Assembly: GCF_032191835.1 (NCBI RefSeq) | Contig: NC_083239.1 | Coordinates: 35,340,001 to 35,404,000 of the forward strand | Length of the DNA stretch: 64,000 bases | Reading direction: 5' to 3' | DNA from: Heteronotia binoei | Lineage: Eukaryota | Part shown: positions 1 to 12,537 of the stretch, in pieces | Layout of the letters: each line of letters starts with the position of its first letter | Numbering within the stretch: the stretch's first letter is position 1 | Translations under genes and position numbers: made by a program | The notes under the pieces: generated by a model | The model's database searches: none | What the model was told of the DNA's origin: nothing | What the model saw: the letters and a program-made list of their open reading frames with translations, nothing else

Positions 1-172
1 GAAGAATCGCACTGCTACAGGACCAACCCTAAATCAGACTTTTCCCTGCAGCCGCTGTGGCCGGACCTGCCTGTCCCACATTGGTCTTGTCAGCCACCAG
101 CGAGCCTGCAGCAAACATGGACTATTGCACCCTTCTTAAATCTTCGTTCGCGAAGCCAAGCCGAGAGAGAGA
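1..172 (+). mobile_element. RTE-clade LINE 3' end (C2H2 finger remnant, GA-rich tail)
   Basis: Near-identical to 23185-23349; encodes FPCSRCGRTCLSHIGLVSHQRAC; ends in a (GA)n tail. Confidence 0.75.
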
Positions 173-536
173 GATGTATTTAAGATGAGTTTATCTGTCT
201 GTTCGATTCATTCAGTAAATGACATCTTTTCCTTCCTGAAAGTTACTTTCCATCGCTACTTCTAGAATATTGAAGAAAATGGCCAACACATTCATATGGC
301 AAGCCTGAATAATCAATGCCCAGTCTTTTTTTTTTTTCCAATGGTAACTCTTTCCAAATGATCTTATTAAATTCCTCACCCACTCAATACCAGGCTATTA
401 GTTTTTCTCAACAATGTTAGGGGCAACCTATGGGATATAATCCCCAGTAGTTCTGCCTCTACAACCACTCTATTTTGTGACTTTTACCACTTTCAACTGA
501 GAAATATACAACGATGCATAGTTTCAAAACACTTAC

Positions 537-563
537 GGATTCTTTTACTTCAGATACTTTTTC
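537..563 (-). CDS. Candidate micro-exon of gene 1, EKVSEVKES (27 nt, phase 0)
   Basis: Minus strand tgcttttag|GAAAAAGTATCTGAAGTAAAAGAATCC|gtaagt; canonical splice sites, open frame, length 3n. Confidence 0.6.
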
Positions 564-759
564 CTAAAAGCAAGCATAAATAACACAAATAAATGAAACA
601 TTGCAATGTGCACTCTTTTTTTTCACCCAATACTATTAATAGCTTTTGGAGGCTAAAACAAAGCATATGTTCCTTTTGGAAAGTGCAGTCACCAGTGTTG
701 GAATGTAGGAACTTCTTTATATGAAGTTGGTGCTGTGGCATTCTGCAGAGGGATCCTAC

Positions 760-813
760 CTCCACTCCCTTCATCAAGGAAGCAACCTTTAGCAAGTAGG
801 AAATTATCAGCTT
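760..813 (-). CDS. Candidate exon of gene 1, VASLMKGVE (760-786, 27 nt) or KLIISYLLKVASLMKGVE (760-813, 54 nt)
   Basis: Donor gag|gtagga; two alternative acceptors (ctaaag, tcaacag), both giving 3n open phase-0 exons. Confidence 0.4.
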
Positions 814-890
814 CTGTTGATGGTGGCTTCAGTAGTGACATTGTTTTGTAACCTCCATTGCCTTGATTTATTTATACTTCCCCACAATAC

Positions 891-914
891 ATTTTGAGTC
901 TCTTTGGGGAACTC
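891..914 (-). CDS. Candidate micro-exon of gene 1, EFPKETQN (24 nt)
   Basis: Good acceptor tctttctgttgcaag; weak donor aat|gtattg; open in phase 0. Confidence 0.35.
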
Positions 915-2451
915 CTTGCAACAGAAAGATCAAGGATAAGTTTTAACGTAAAGGCTAATAATAATAATCTCTATGAAGCAAGGATGACTTAGTTTGTTAC
1001 TCAGACTGGTTTTGCACAAACCTTGCTCCATGGCAGGCTTCCCTTTTTCTCCGGAGCAAGCTTCGTGATTTCGCACAAGCTGCTCTGCGCCGCCATTTTT
1101 CATCATGGCAACCCACGATTTGGTGCACGGCAACATAAACCTGTTTTCTCAGGCATCCCAGCTCCACCAGACCAGTGGAAATCAGATTTTTTTTTCCCAT
1201 TTAAAATGATTTAGTGATGCCAGCCAAACGCAGACATCCAACATGACAGGAGATTTTTAAAGGAACCCAACAGCCGCTAAGTTGGCAGGTTGGGCACCTC
1301 AGCCCCACTAGACCAGTGAAAATCAGATGTTTCCATTTAAAGTGTTCATGAGGTAGATAGTCTTACTTCATGAGGTAGGTGTTGGGTAAGGAAGCCCACC
1401 CCCAAGTGGAAAGGTGACCATCCTGCCACCCAAGGACGCAACCTGCAGGCTGGATCACCAAGAGAGGAGGAGAAGGAATGGCGGGGATATGCATGGGGAC
1501 AACCCTGATGGCTGGATCCAGGTTCAAAGATGGGTAGCTCAGCAGGGGGATGTTGACCATAAGGAAGGACAGCTTGTCTGCCCTGGCTCAGTCCAGGGGG
1601 AGTGGTGGAAGTTGAGAATGTCTTATTGTTTTGCCCCTCACCTATTCATGATTGGTGTTACGTTTTGCTATATATCAGGTTGCCCATGCACATAACAAGC
1701 TGAATTGATAGTGCGTGCCAATAAAGGCCAACTTGAACTTGAGGTTGCCCATTCAAAAAATAACACATATCTCTATAACAGAGAGCAGAATACCTGTTTT
1801 GTATGGTGTGCACTATTAATAAAATATAATAGCACAGAAGCCGGCTATGGTTTTGTTTTTTGAGAAGGAGGCACAAACTGATAACAAGACTTTTTGGACA
1901 CTTTTATGCAGCAGGATAGAAATCTCCTCTTTGGAGGTAGGAAAGATTAATAGAATTCTGGAAGTACATTTGAAACTTTGGGAAATTACCTTGATATATA
2001 GACAATTTGTAATAGCTATAGAGGCTTTATCACAAACCAGTCCATCTCTAGTTTTCTGGATTAAAAAATAAGTTATTTCTTCATATTTCATGTGCTCTTG
2101 CATTTCTCATTCACTACAGTGTCTTGGTCAATGCCATCTATTTTACCACAGAGAAAACAGGAATCACATATACCTCCCTTTGTTTTGCAAGTGTAAATAC
2201 AAACATCAATTGAACTGTAATAACATTTGAAGAAATCTCCTAAGTATAGTAACAAGATTCATATCTCAATGCCACACTCAGAAAATAGACAAACATATTT
2301 AGTCAAGCAAAATGTCCTGAATCCAAAACATTAAGAGTTTATGGACCACCTAAAAACATTCATTCCTACATATGAAAGTGGGAGGGGAAGATAAATACCT
2401 CTGAATGAAAAATATCACATGCTACCCTTTAGAGCACAAGACAGATCTTAC

Positions 2452-2520
2452 CTCAAGTCCTTTGATTTCTAGACAAAGGAGAGAGAGGAGGAGAAGGACG
2501 GCCACAGCCTGGAGCTTCAT
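2452..2520 (-). CDS. Signal-peptide exon of secreted-protein gene 1: MKLQAVAVLLLLSLLCLEIKGLE
   Basis: aagATG start, hydrophobic core, I-K-G cleavage-like motif, phase-0 donor gag|gtaaga; paralog at 30197-30265 keeps frame, length and donor. Confidence 0.8.
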
Positions 2521-2591
2521 CTTGACTTGTCTTTGGGGTCTTTCAAGAATGAATTCACCGGTGTGAAGATAAGGGAGTTTTAGCAGCTATA

Positions 2592-2597
2592 TTTATA
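2592..2597 (-). promoter_or_regulatory. TATAAA box 72-77 nt upstream of the gene 1 ATG
   Basis: Same spacing conserved in the paralog (30337-30342). Confidence 0.55.
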
Positions 2598-3894
2598 TCA
2601 TGTCCCTGACCTTGAATTTCAGGCCTGGGTGGTAAAATACAATGCCTCCATAATGGAGGATGTCATCACTTTTGCCATCCATTAAAGGTTAACTCTCATC
2701 CTGTGCAGACAGTGTTGATTGATTCCAAAATCCAGATGCCAAGTTGATGCCAAAAAGTCAATGACATTGNNNNNNNNNNNNNNNNNNNNNNNNNNNNNNN
2801 NNNNNNNNNNNNNNNNNNNNNNNNNNNNNNNNNNNNNNNNNNNNNNNNNNNNNNNNNNNNNNNNNNNNNNNNNNNNNNNNNNNNNNNNNNNNNNNNNNNN
2901 NNNNNNNNNNNNNNNNNNNNNNNNNNNTGCATGTGCCAGAACAACAGAGAGGTAGAAATGACAATACCACTTCACATAACAGTTGGGGATATCAGAGGAG
3001 AACTGAAATGTTCTGAAAGGAAAATGGCTCAGGAAAATTGTCAGCAATACTGTGATATTTAATTAGTATGCTATATATGCCCCCACCTCACTTGGATTAG
3101 AAAACATAGTTCTTCTTTGACATGGTAGAATCATGAAACCTAAAGGCCCACCTGTATTTTGAAGTAATGTATATGTCTATTGCCGCATATTTCCTGGGTA
3201 AGAAGCAGAGATGTCCCAAATGAAAGTGAAAGGCAAAGGACATGTGTTTCTCTAGCATTTATATCTCTGCGCTCTTTACCATTGAAACGTTGCCCTAAAC
3301 CTCATGACATTCTGTCATTGGTGACAGCCCAGAAAGTAGTTGAAAATGTCCAAAGAAAAATGAAGAAGGGAAAGAAACTTAACCCCAAAACTGGAGTAAG
3401 AAACTTAAAAGGTTAATATGCAATTAAAGGGCCGAACAGTAAAACCAAAGTGTAAAAAAAATCATAAATCAACATACACGTATTTATTGTAGAAAGCTAA
3501 AACCATTTAAAGGCCCATCATAAGCCTCTATCCTATGTAAAATCATAAAACCTCAATGGGAACCCACTCAACTTGATCTGACGCATTTCAACCTAGATTG
3601 GTCTTCTTCAGAGGTCAGAAAGGTAAGTACACATATTGGCTCATAATACAGAACAGAATAAAACAATGGAACAATGCTGGACCACAAGGAAATTTAGTGA
3701 AGTGACAAAGGCTTAGAGATATTCTTGAGGCCTCTTGTTCTATAACCTTATGTCTTAATCAAGGGCATGCCTATAGCATTCAGTGTTTTGTTGTATGCCA
3801 CACAGTCCAGAATTGATCAAGTAAAGTCAGAGCCTATGTGCCAAGTATTATGAAAATGTCAACATGCACTTGACCACCAGATGATATTAAAGGT

Positions 3895-4148
3895 AAAAAG
3901 GTAAAGGTAGTCCCCCGTGCAAGCACCAGTCATTTTCGACTCTGGGGTGACGTTGCTTTCACATTTTCACGGCAGACTTTTTACAGGGTGGTTTGCCATT
4001 GCCTTCCTCAGTCATCTACACTTTCCCCCAGGAAGCTGGGTACTCATTTTACTGACCTTGGAAGGTTGAGTCAGCCTGGAGCAGGCTACCTGAACCCAGC
4101 ATCCACCGGGATTGAACTCAGGTCATGAGCGGAGCTTAGGGCTGCAGT
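3895..4148 (-). mobile_element. Sauria-type tRNA-derived SINE
   Basis: Reverse complement of the copies at 12965-13243 and 39628-39892; ACCTTT-type tail. Confidence 0.75.
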
Positions 4149-5877
4149 TCAAACTCTACATGTGAAGCGAGCTCCTGATCAGATGACCTCTGGTATTCAG
4201 GCGGCAAGTGACTGGTGCACATACCCACTCAACCCTTGAGGGGACCCCATCTTATTGAGAATGTGTGACTTTTTTGAGCTTGGGATATCCAGGCAACTGT
4301 GTAAGATGTTTTAAATTCAATAATTTTATGTTAGATTTTTTGTGTTGTGAGCCGCCCTGAGCCACTTCGGTGGGAAGGGCGGGATATAAATCGAAATAAA
4401 CTTGAAACTTGAAGCAGGCAGTGGGAGTGGCAATTATTATGAGGCCCCATCCTGGACTTTTGCCTTGGTACCCAGAATCATTAAGTCCACCCCTGTTGGT
4501 AAACATGGATACATGGACACGCAAAGATGTCTTATACTAAACCAAACCTTTGGCCTGTCAGTGTCAATATCTTCTCAGTTTAGAAGCAGCTTTTCAGAAT
4601 TCAGAAGTGGTTTGTGATTGCTTGCCTCTGCTTGATGACATTGGACTTCTTTAGTGATCTCACATCCAAATATTAACCAGGGCTGACTTTGCTAGCTTCT
4701 GATGAGATTCAACTATCCTGGACCATGAAGATCAGGGGATAACAACAGCAACATGATCCTTTTTTCTGAGTTAGCTAGCAGAGAGAGGACAATCTCCTAC
4801 ATTGAATAGCATAGCTTTTCCAAAACAGTAAATTCAACCTGAAAAAACTGAGGATCAGGGGATAACAACAGCAACATGATCCTTTCAACTGAAGATGCTA
4901 GGGATTGGATATGGGACTTCGTATATGGAAAGCAGATGTTCTACCACTGAGTTGTGGGCCCTCTACTTAGGACAATGGCACCTCCTCCACTTAAGGAGCT
5001 ACACGCCCCATTATTTTGTGTTATTTTTGAACCTCAATGCAGCAGAAAGCTTTCTTTTCCATCGGCATGAAATGTATCTTTTCTGCTTCCAGATTCAGGG
5101 GTGACGTCAATATGTGAACAGCCACATCTAGACTATGATTGCATTGACCTCAACTCATTAATGGAATCCTTTGTTCACAAGAAGAGAGCAGGTGCTGATG
5201 GAACAGCGCAGGGCAACACAGTTTTCCTAGTGTTTAAGGATGTTCTAATGTACCTCCTATTTTCATCACTTAAGAAATTATTTCCACTTGTCTTTTTCCC
5301 AAGGGAGGGGGGAAGCTCATGTTCCATTGAGTGGTTCACAGGAATATTAAAATGAGAGACACCAGTTAATTGAAACCAAATGGAGTTATGTAAGAGGGAA
5401 ATGGGCCAACATTTGTCTTAACCAGATTCCCAATAAGATGCTTGAGGGTGTTGGATTGTATAATAGTAGGTTTTCAACCAACGCAAAATGGTTTTGACCA
5501 CGTGTTTGCCGTGTGAACAGGAAAACAAGAAAGGGAATGAATGGCATGGAATAAATCAGCAAGATATTTTGATTGATAACAGTTGGAGGGGGCCACGATT
5601 CTATAGACCCTTTTCAATGTGTCAGACGAGGGGGCTTTAAGCCCGTCCCAGCTGGAAAGTACTGCATGTTTTAGCCAATCATTAATATGGAATGTCACCT
5701 TCTAGAAAGCATATTTCAGGAACTGCCTCACCTAAGTTTATCTGTTCTTCATTCTACCTGCTAATGATAAGTTCTGTTTTCTATCTGTCCTACTGCTTGC
5801 ATTTTTCTCCACTGCTAAAGAGAAGTGAAACATTTTGCATTTGGGAATAGGTGAGACCCTGAGATTTTATAACAGTA

Positions 5878-7340
5878 TTAGGGCTTTGCACAAACACACA
5901 CACACAAACAAATGGGAAATATCCAGATCTGGAAATATTAGGTGAAAAAAAAATGGGTATTCTGGATATTTCCGAATAGTAATATCCAGTATAACTGAAT
6001 ATACAGAGATACTTGGCTTTTCCAGATATTCGGCTCCATTATATCCTATGGGCCTTTGAAGTCAATGGCAACAGAGGGTATAATGGAAGCTGCCTGGAGG
6101 GAAGGGGGTTTGGAAGAGAGTCCCCCAAACTGCAGGCAGCTTCAGGGAACTCTCCTCCAAGGAACCCTCAAGGGCCAAAAATATTGGACCAGGGGGTCCC
6201 ATTCCAGGGGCACTGAAAGAGGCTGCTCCCATCCCACTATTATACCCTATTGGCCATTAAAGTCAATGGCAACATAGGGTATAATCAAAGGCAGTTGGAG
6301 GATGGGGGGTGGTGGTGTTGAGGGAGAGGCTGCAGAACTCCAGCACAACTTCAGGGGACTCTCCCAAACACAACCCCCAAGGCCCAAAAAGACTGGACTA
6401 GGAAGTCCCATTCCAGAGACACTCAAAGAGGGTGCCCCCATCTCACCATTACACCCTATGGGCTATTGAAGTCAATGGCAACATAGGGTATAATCAAAGG
6501 CAGCTGGGGCACAGATGGGTTGAGCGATAGCCCCCAGACTGCAGGACAGCTTCAGGGGACTCTCCCACACATAACCCTCAAGGCCCAAAAAGAGTGGATC
6601 AGGGGGTCCTTTGCTGTCGCTGCCACACAAAGCCAAACTGATGAATCTCTAAAGGACCCAAAGCACTACATCCCTATACTCAATGGGCTCTGCTGGCATG
6701 GTACCAATATACCCAGATGCCAACTTCTCTGCCACATGAAATACAATCTGATCAAGGTCTGCAGACCTAGCTGCAGCAAATCCAGATGCCATCTCTCTAG
6801 TCCTTCCATAAGCAAGTCCCAAACAACACAAGGAGAGCTGGCCAACCACCTCAACCACGTCAAGCCAGGATTTCTTACCCAGATGCGAACTTCTCTGCCA
6901 CATGACACACAATCTGATGATGCCAACTCCCCAGCCCTGCCACAAACAAGTCCCAAACAACACAAGGAGTGTTGGCCAATCACCTCAACCATGTCAATCA
7001 ATGATTTCTTACCCCGATGCCTATAGGCAGAGGCAGACCCCAGCCAGGCAAAGGCCAAACCAGAGAAACAAACCAGAAAAGGAACCAGAAGCAACCCAAC
7101 TCTAACCCCGCCCCCCTACACACACACACCAGAATCAGTCCAGGTCACTCACAACAATGGCCTATGGGCCGAGGCAGGCTCCAGCCAGATGAAGGACAAA
7201 ACCAGAAAGAACCAGAGGCCATCCCCCAACCCCCAACAGAATCAGATTCAGGAAAAAAACAAAATAGCAATCCATCAGCAGTCACACAGCCTGGCCTAGG
7301 GAAAACAGGAAGAAATCAGACCCACACAAACAGATAAACC
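5878..7340. repeat. Unclassified interspersed element with three internal ~210-bp tandem units (6035-6600) and further internal repeats
   Basis: Recurrent motif aagtcaatggcaacatagggtataatc at about 6059, 6261 and 6469; no coding signature recognised. Confidence 0.45.
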
Positions 7341-7759
7341 AAAAACCTGTCAGAAATTTAAAAAGCAATTTCAAAATAATTTTAAACACCCAGTTAATAT
7401 TATAAAATTATAAAAAAAGAAATACTCAATAGTTTCTACCAAAAACCTATCACAGATACAAATTCTAGATCCCCTTTCTTGGCCAGTCAATTGTTCATGT
7501 ACGACAGCAAGTGGAAGGGAATTCATTCTTGCAAGAAAAAGAAAAAAGATCTCTGGTAACATCATACCATAATACTATAGAAATAGCATTGTAATATAGA
7601 TTAAAGTATGAATATCCCAAAATACATGGGCAAATATATGCTTCACTTTCCTTCTTGAAGTCCACACCATTTTTCCACCATGAGGTGGCTCCTAACCAAA
7701 CTATAAGTACTAGTCTTTCCTAAGGCCAGTCACAATCCAAACCAAGTGAATTCATTTTA

Positions 7760-7952
7760 TGGGCTTTTTTTTTAGCAGGAATGCACAACGGCGTTTCAGC
7801 TGGCTTGGTGTCAGTGGATGTGGTCTAATATGCAAATGAGCTCCTGCTGGGCTTTTCCTGCAAAAAGCCCTGTGTGAAACCATGGTGAGGTCAGGGGTGT
7901 GGCTTAATATGCAAATGAGTTCCTGTTGGGCTTTTTCTGCAAAATAAGCCCT
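7760..7952. mobile_element. MITE family with agggcttttt...aaaaagccct termini; related copies near 11005-11185, 16940-17125, 25650-25850, 33760-33940, 37075-37255 and 53350-53550
   Basis: Palindromic 180-200 bp units sharing tgcatattaggccacac; multiple dispersed copies. Confidence 0.65.
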
Positions 7953-8334
7953 GATCTTACCTACAAGCAGGTGAACCCATCCAGGTTTAAAAGAATCAAA
8001 AACCAACAGTTAAACGAGTGATTCTTTACTATCTAGATTAACTGCAGATACATTTTTAATAACCATTAACCAGGCTATAAGAGAAATTGCCTTGTGCCAA
8101 GTTTCCGTTAACAGGGAGGATGAGACAAGAGCATCTAGGATATACTAAGATTGATCTAAGGACATTTGTCTGGATTATTTCTGGGCACCTACCCAGGCTA
8201 CCAATCCACACCGGAATAGCATATAAAAACAGTGAGATTATTTTTGCTGAAATGCATCCAAAGCAGCAGGGACAAATTGAGGACCTGTGGTGAAGGGAAA
8301 AAATCCCTCAGAATTGCAGCTGTACCTCTGGCTA

Positions 8335-8600
8335 TTATAGATATCTCTTTAGCATACAAAGTCCAAGAAGTGACTGTTGGAATGTAACTCTGAGATATTT
8401 ATAAAATGGGACTTCTTCCATAGCGTGACCTGAGATATTCCAGCATAATAATTTCAGCCTATAAGATCTAGCAAAAACTAACACCTTGACTTTCTTGAAA
8501 TTGATTACCAGGTGTTCATCAGCACAATACTGAATGAAGATCATGACTGATTGACACGGTCCCGTTTTTGTTACTGATGCCAGAGCTGTGTCGTCCACAT
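8335..8600 (-). mobile_element. Degenerate LINE reverse-transcriptase C-terminal remnant
   Basis: ORF carries LVINFKKVKVLVF...FYKYL, typical of the RT thumb region. Confidence 0.45.
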
Positions 8601-9141
8601 ATAGCGTGGAATCAGATAAGTCTCTAGCCTGGGGTGGGTGGTGTGGCGAGGTCTGTGCAAAGACAGCATAGTCAGTCTAAAGGCTAAATCATTAATGTAC
8701 AAATTAAACAAGGTAGAAGCCCCTTCTGGTTTCTATGGGAGCAGATAAACAGTATTAAAGACAACCAATAATAATAAAAAAAGTAACCTAACTGGTATAT
8801 AGGCCTTACATAGCTTCTCCCAGAGTCTATACGGAAGGACCATGTCAATTTTTTTTTTTTAAATTGTAATCGTTTGTCATTTGGATTCAAGGTACATTTC
8901 AAGAATGATAGAACTATTCAGTTAATCACTAAACTGACTACAAAATAATGTTATCATCCAAAAAAAATGTGTGAACTGAAAACTGTGAGCTAGCTCACAC
9001 TAACTCAGCTTAGAGGGAACATTGCTCCCATGTATATAAACTGAGTGGCCATTCTGTTCTTTCCCTGTTCCTTGCTTCCCATGCCTTCAGCTCATGATTA
9101 TGTGGACTTAAGCTGCCTTGATTAAAAAAAAAAATACTCAT

Positions 9142-9171
9142 GATTTCTGTTGGAGGTGCGGTAGTTTGTGT
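9142..9171 (-). pseudogene. Thr/Pro-rich micro-exon TQTTAPPTEI with mutated donor (atgagt)
   Basis: Acceptor catgtttttag intact; donor reads ATGAGT where paralogs have GTGAGT. Confidence 0.6.
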
Positions 9172-10190
9172 CTAAAAACATGCATGGATAATAAAAATAT
9201 ATGAAATGTTATGACCCTTCATCCGCCTCATGCTATTCTGTCAATAGCTCTCAGAGGCATGTGGGAATGATGAGGATACATTGGTGAACTGTGTACAACA
9301 GGATCTGAACGTGTGGATTGATTCCTAGACACCTCATGATCTCCATGTTTGCTAAATTGCCTCCATGGAGTTTTGCCCCAGACTAAGAAGATATCAGTGA
9401 ACAACTGCTGATATTGGTTCAGTTCAATACTATTTTGTTTGCTGGCAGGCCACCTTATTGGCATTGATTTTTGTATATTTCTCCCTGTACATCTGAAGGC
9501 TTTTAGGACACAACACATCAGCTCTTCCATGCTATCTCAGAGGGGATCCTCTTTTTCAAATCAAATGATTCACCTGTGCATTTTTCTACCAGTCACTTTT
9601 TGTGACCTTAAAACACACACAGTCCACAAAGCTCCACAGATAAATGAGAGGCCTCCCAAGTGATCTGTGTGAAAATCCCTGTGGAAGAGGCTGTCAAGTT
9701 GAAGGGTTAGGAGGCAGGTGACCTCTTTAACTAGTTTTCCTTTACTTAAGTGTCTGACTAGTTTGGCTTCTCGTGTTCCAGAGGCCATGCTGGTTCTGAT
9801 TGTGAGAGGGTTCCACTTGATCCTCTGATGCTTCCTTGGGCTGTAATGTCTGTATTAATCCCTCCCTTGCAATTATTTTGAACATAAGGATGTAAGAGTA
9901 GTATTAACCTGTATACTAAGAATAAAAAAATGTAATTTATGTACATCATGGCAACTTTGATGCCTTAACCAATGTCATTAAGAGTAAGGACTTCATTTTT
10001 TACCTGTCAAATTTCCCTCTCAACTGAGCCCCAGACCACTGTGTTCCTACAACCAAAGTAGGTTCTTAGTATACAACATGGTACTCTGTTCTGATTTTGT
10101 CCTTGTCCCTGTTCCTTGCTTCTTGTGCCTTCAGCTCATGCTTATGTGGACTTAAACTGACTTGATTTTTTTATTTTAAAAAATATTCAC

Positions 10191-10223
10191 TTTTTCAACA
10201 GTTGTAGGTGCAGCGGCTGTTTC
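10191..10223 (-). CDS. Thr/Ala-rich micro-exon ETAAAPTTVEK (33 nt, phase 0)
   Basis: gaatgtttttag|...|gtgaatattt; homologous position to the 27-nt exons at 55-61 kb. Confidence 0.65.
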
Positions 10224-12231
10224 CTAAAAACATTCATGAGTAATATAACTATATGAAATGTTCATTATGATCATTGTCAGTCTCATGGGATGCTGTCAGT
10301 AGCTGTCAGAGGCATGCAGGAATGCCAGGGATACTTTGGTGGACTGTGTTCAGTAGTGTCTGAATCTGCTAGGCTCTCTCCATGGAGTTTCTGTCCAGCC
10401 AATACAGATATGTGGAAATGGTTGGTGATCAACTGCTGATGCTGGGTCAATGCAATTTTGTTTGCTAACAGGCCATCTTCACTGCATTGAGTTTTGTGAA
10501 TTTCTTCCTACACATTTGGAGGATTTTAGGGCACAACACGACAGCTCTCCATACTATGTCAGAAGGGATCCTATTTTTCAAATCAAGAGATTCATCTGAT
10601 GTGTGTTTTTCTGCCAGTCATTTTTGTGTGAACTATATATATAAAAAAGAAAATATTCCACAGGTAAAAATGAGAAGCTCTCCTAGTGATCTGTGTGAAA
10701 ATCCCTGTGGAAGAGGTTGCCAAGCTGACAAAGTCTTCCTCCTCCTTCCTGCCCTTAGGAGGCAGGTGACCTCTTTCCTAGTTTACTTAAGTGTCCGACT
10801 AATATGGCTCATGCTGGTTCAGATGGTAAGAGTATATCATTTGATACTTTAGGAAGGATTGTGAGCAACTGAGGATGGTGTTTCAAATCGTGATGATTTT
10901 TTTGATTGCTAAAAGGCCAACTTCATTGCCTCAATTTATGTATATTTTCCTCTATAAATTTAGACACTTATAAGGCATGACACATCAGCTTTTCTATGTT
11001 ATGCCCAGGGCTCTTTTGTAGCAGGATCTCCTTTAATATTAAGCCACATGCCCCTGATGTAGCCAATCTTCCTAGAGCTTACAGCAGGCCCTGTAAGAAG
11101 AGCTCTTTAAGCTCTTAAAGGATTGGCTACATCAGGGGAGTGTGGCCTAATATGCAGAGGAGCTCCTGCTAGAAAAAGAACCCTGCTTCCAGGTCATGTA
11201 GGCACTTTGCTGAAATGTTGAACGTTCCTCCGTGCTCCCAGTAAGTGAGCCTCCTGTCAGCTGCTTGGAGGGAACTGACAACCCTAGAGGAGACCCCCCC
11301 CCTTTTCCAAAATAAGAGAATCTTTCAATGTGTTTTTTTTCCCCTGTCAGTCACTTAATTTGATATGAAGAGTTCAAAGTCCACTGATAAATGAGAGGCT
11401 GTCCAGCTGATCGTTGTCAGAACCCGGTAGACATGGCTGCTTGGAATCAACAGAACTTCTACCACTATCTGCCATTAGGATGTAGGTGACTCTTTAACTT
11501 GTTTTCTTTCACAAAAGCATTCGACTAATTTGGATGACCATGAGCCACCATGACCACGAGCCACCTTGTGCTTGCTGTATGTTCTTATGTTCTGTATGTT
11601 CTTATGTATGTGCTTGCTGTATGTTCTTGTGTTCTTATGTTATGCTTATGCTATCCTGAATGAAGGGAGAAGAAGCCATTGGTCTAATCATCTTTCATAT
11701 AGCACAGTATTACAATAAGGAGGACTAGATCTGTTCCTGATTCAAGGAGGGATAGCCATCCTCACCTCTGGTGATATTGCTCATGATCTTCTCAATGAAG
11801 GGGAAAGAGACCACTGACCAAATCAAGAAGTATATTCATGTCAATCAGTTGTAACCAAGTCTTTTCATCAAAGCACATATTACTAAAAGAGATCCAAAAG
11901 ACTTGTTGGGTGCAGTTTGTGCGAGGGTTGTGTGAGGGTTTTTTATTGTGTTCACTTAAGTTTGGAAAACAAAGAATGAAGGAAAAATTGAACTGGATGA
12001 CTGCCTGTGAAGAGCATCTTTTTAACCCTACTGCTAAGTGGCCTCAAGGGCTCCTGGGTAAAGATAAATGTGGCCAACGGTGCAACCTGCAAACACATTC
12101 ACTTCCACTTCCACAGAATTCACTGGCCCTTCTCTTTGTTAGAAATGCCAAATAATCAGAACACATAAGCTCTTCTGTGTTTTTTTGAGAGGGGATGCAA
12201 TTTTTCCATAAGGAGACCTTCTCAAGATTTT

Positions 12232-12537
12232 AGGGCTGCCAAGCCCCCGGTCCTGGCAGGGGTTCCCCTGCCCAGGAGGTTCCCAACCTGCCAACCCACA
12301 TTGTGCTGATGGGGGGAACCTCCCCTGATGTCGCTAGGTACCATACAGTTTTCCCCCTCTCAAATGGCTACAGCATCCGGGAAAACCATAGAGTTTTCCC
12401 AGAAACACCTAGAGCGGATGCCGCGTGATGTCGCTGGCATGATGATATCACTTCCGGATGATGTCATTGCATGATGCGCTCATTGTGCACACAAAGATAG
12501 TCCCCCTGCCGGAGGCACAGAGGTACTTGGCAACCCT
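12232..12537. mobile_element. MITE with agggttgcc...ggcaaccct-type termini; related copy near 40230-40690
   Basis: Termini tagggctgcc / ggcaaccctg; absent from the paralogous 63.1 kb segment. Confidence 0.55.

Noticed and set aside
2682-3047. ORFs spanning N runs (also near 17820-18128 and 20119-20888)
   Set aside because: Artefacts of assembly gaps translated as X.
4728-4886. ~36-bp direct repeat about 121 bp apart
   Set aside because: No element recognised between the copies; likely a local slippage or repair duplication.
9228-10852. ORFs in the 1-kb repeat units, and the plus-strand acceptor-like ttttgtttgctaacag
   Set aside because: Frames are not conserved between units (stops and frameshifts) and no matching donor was found; only the minus-strand micro-exons keep frame and splice sites.
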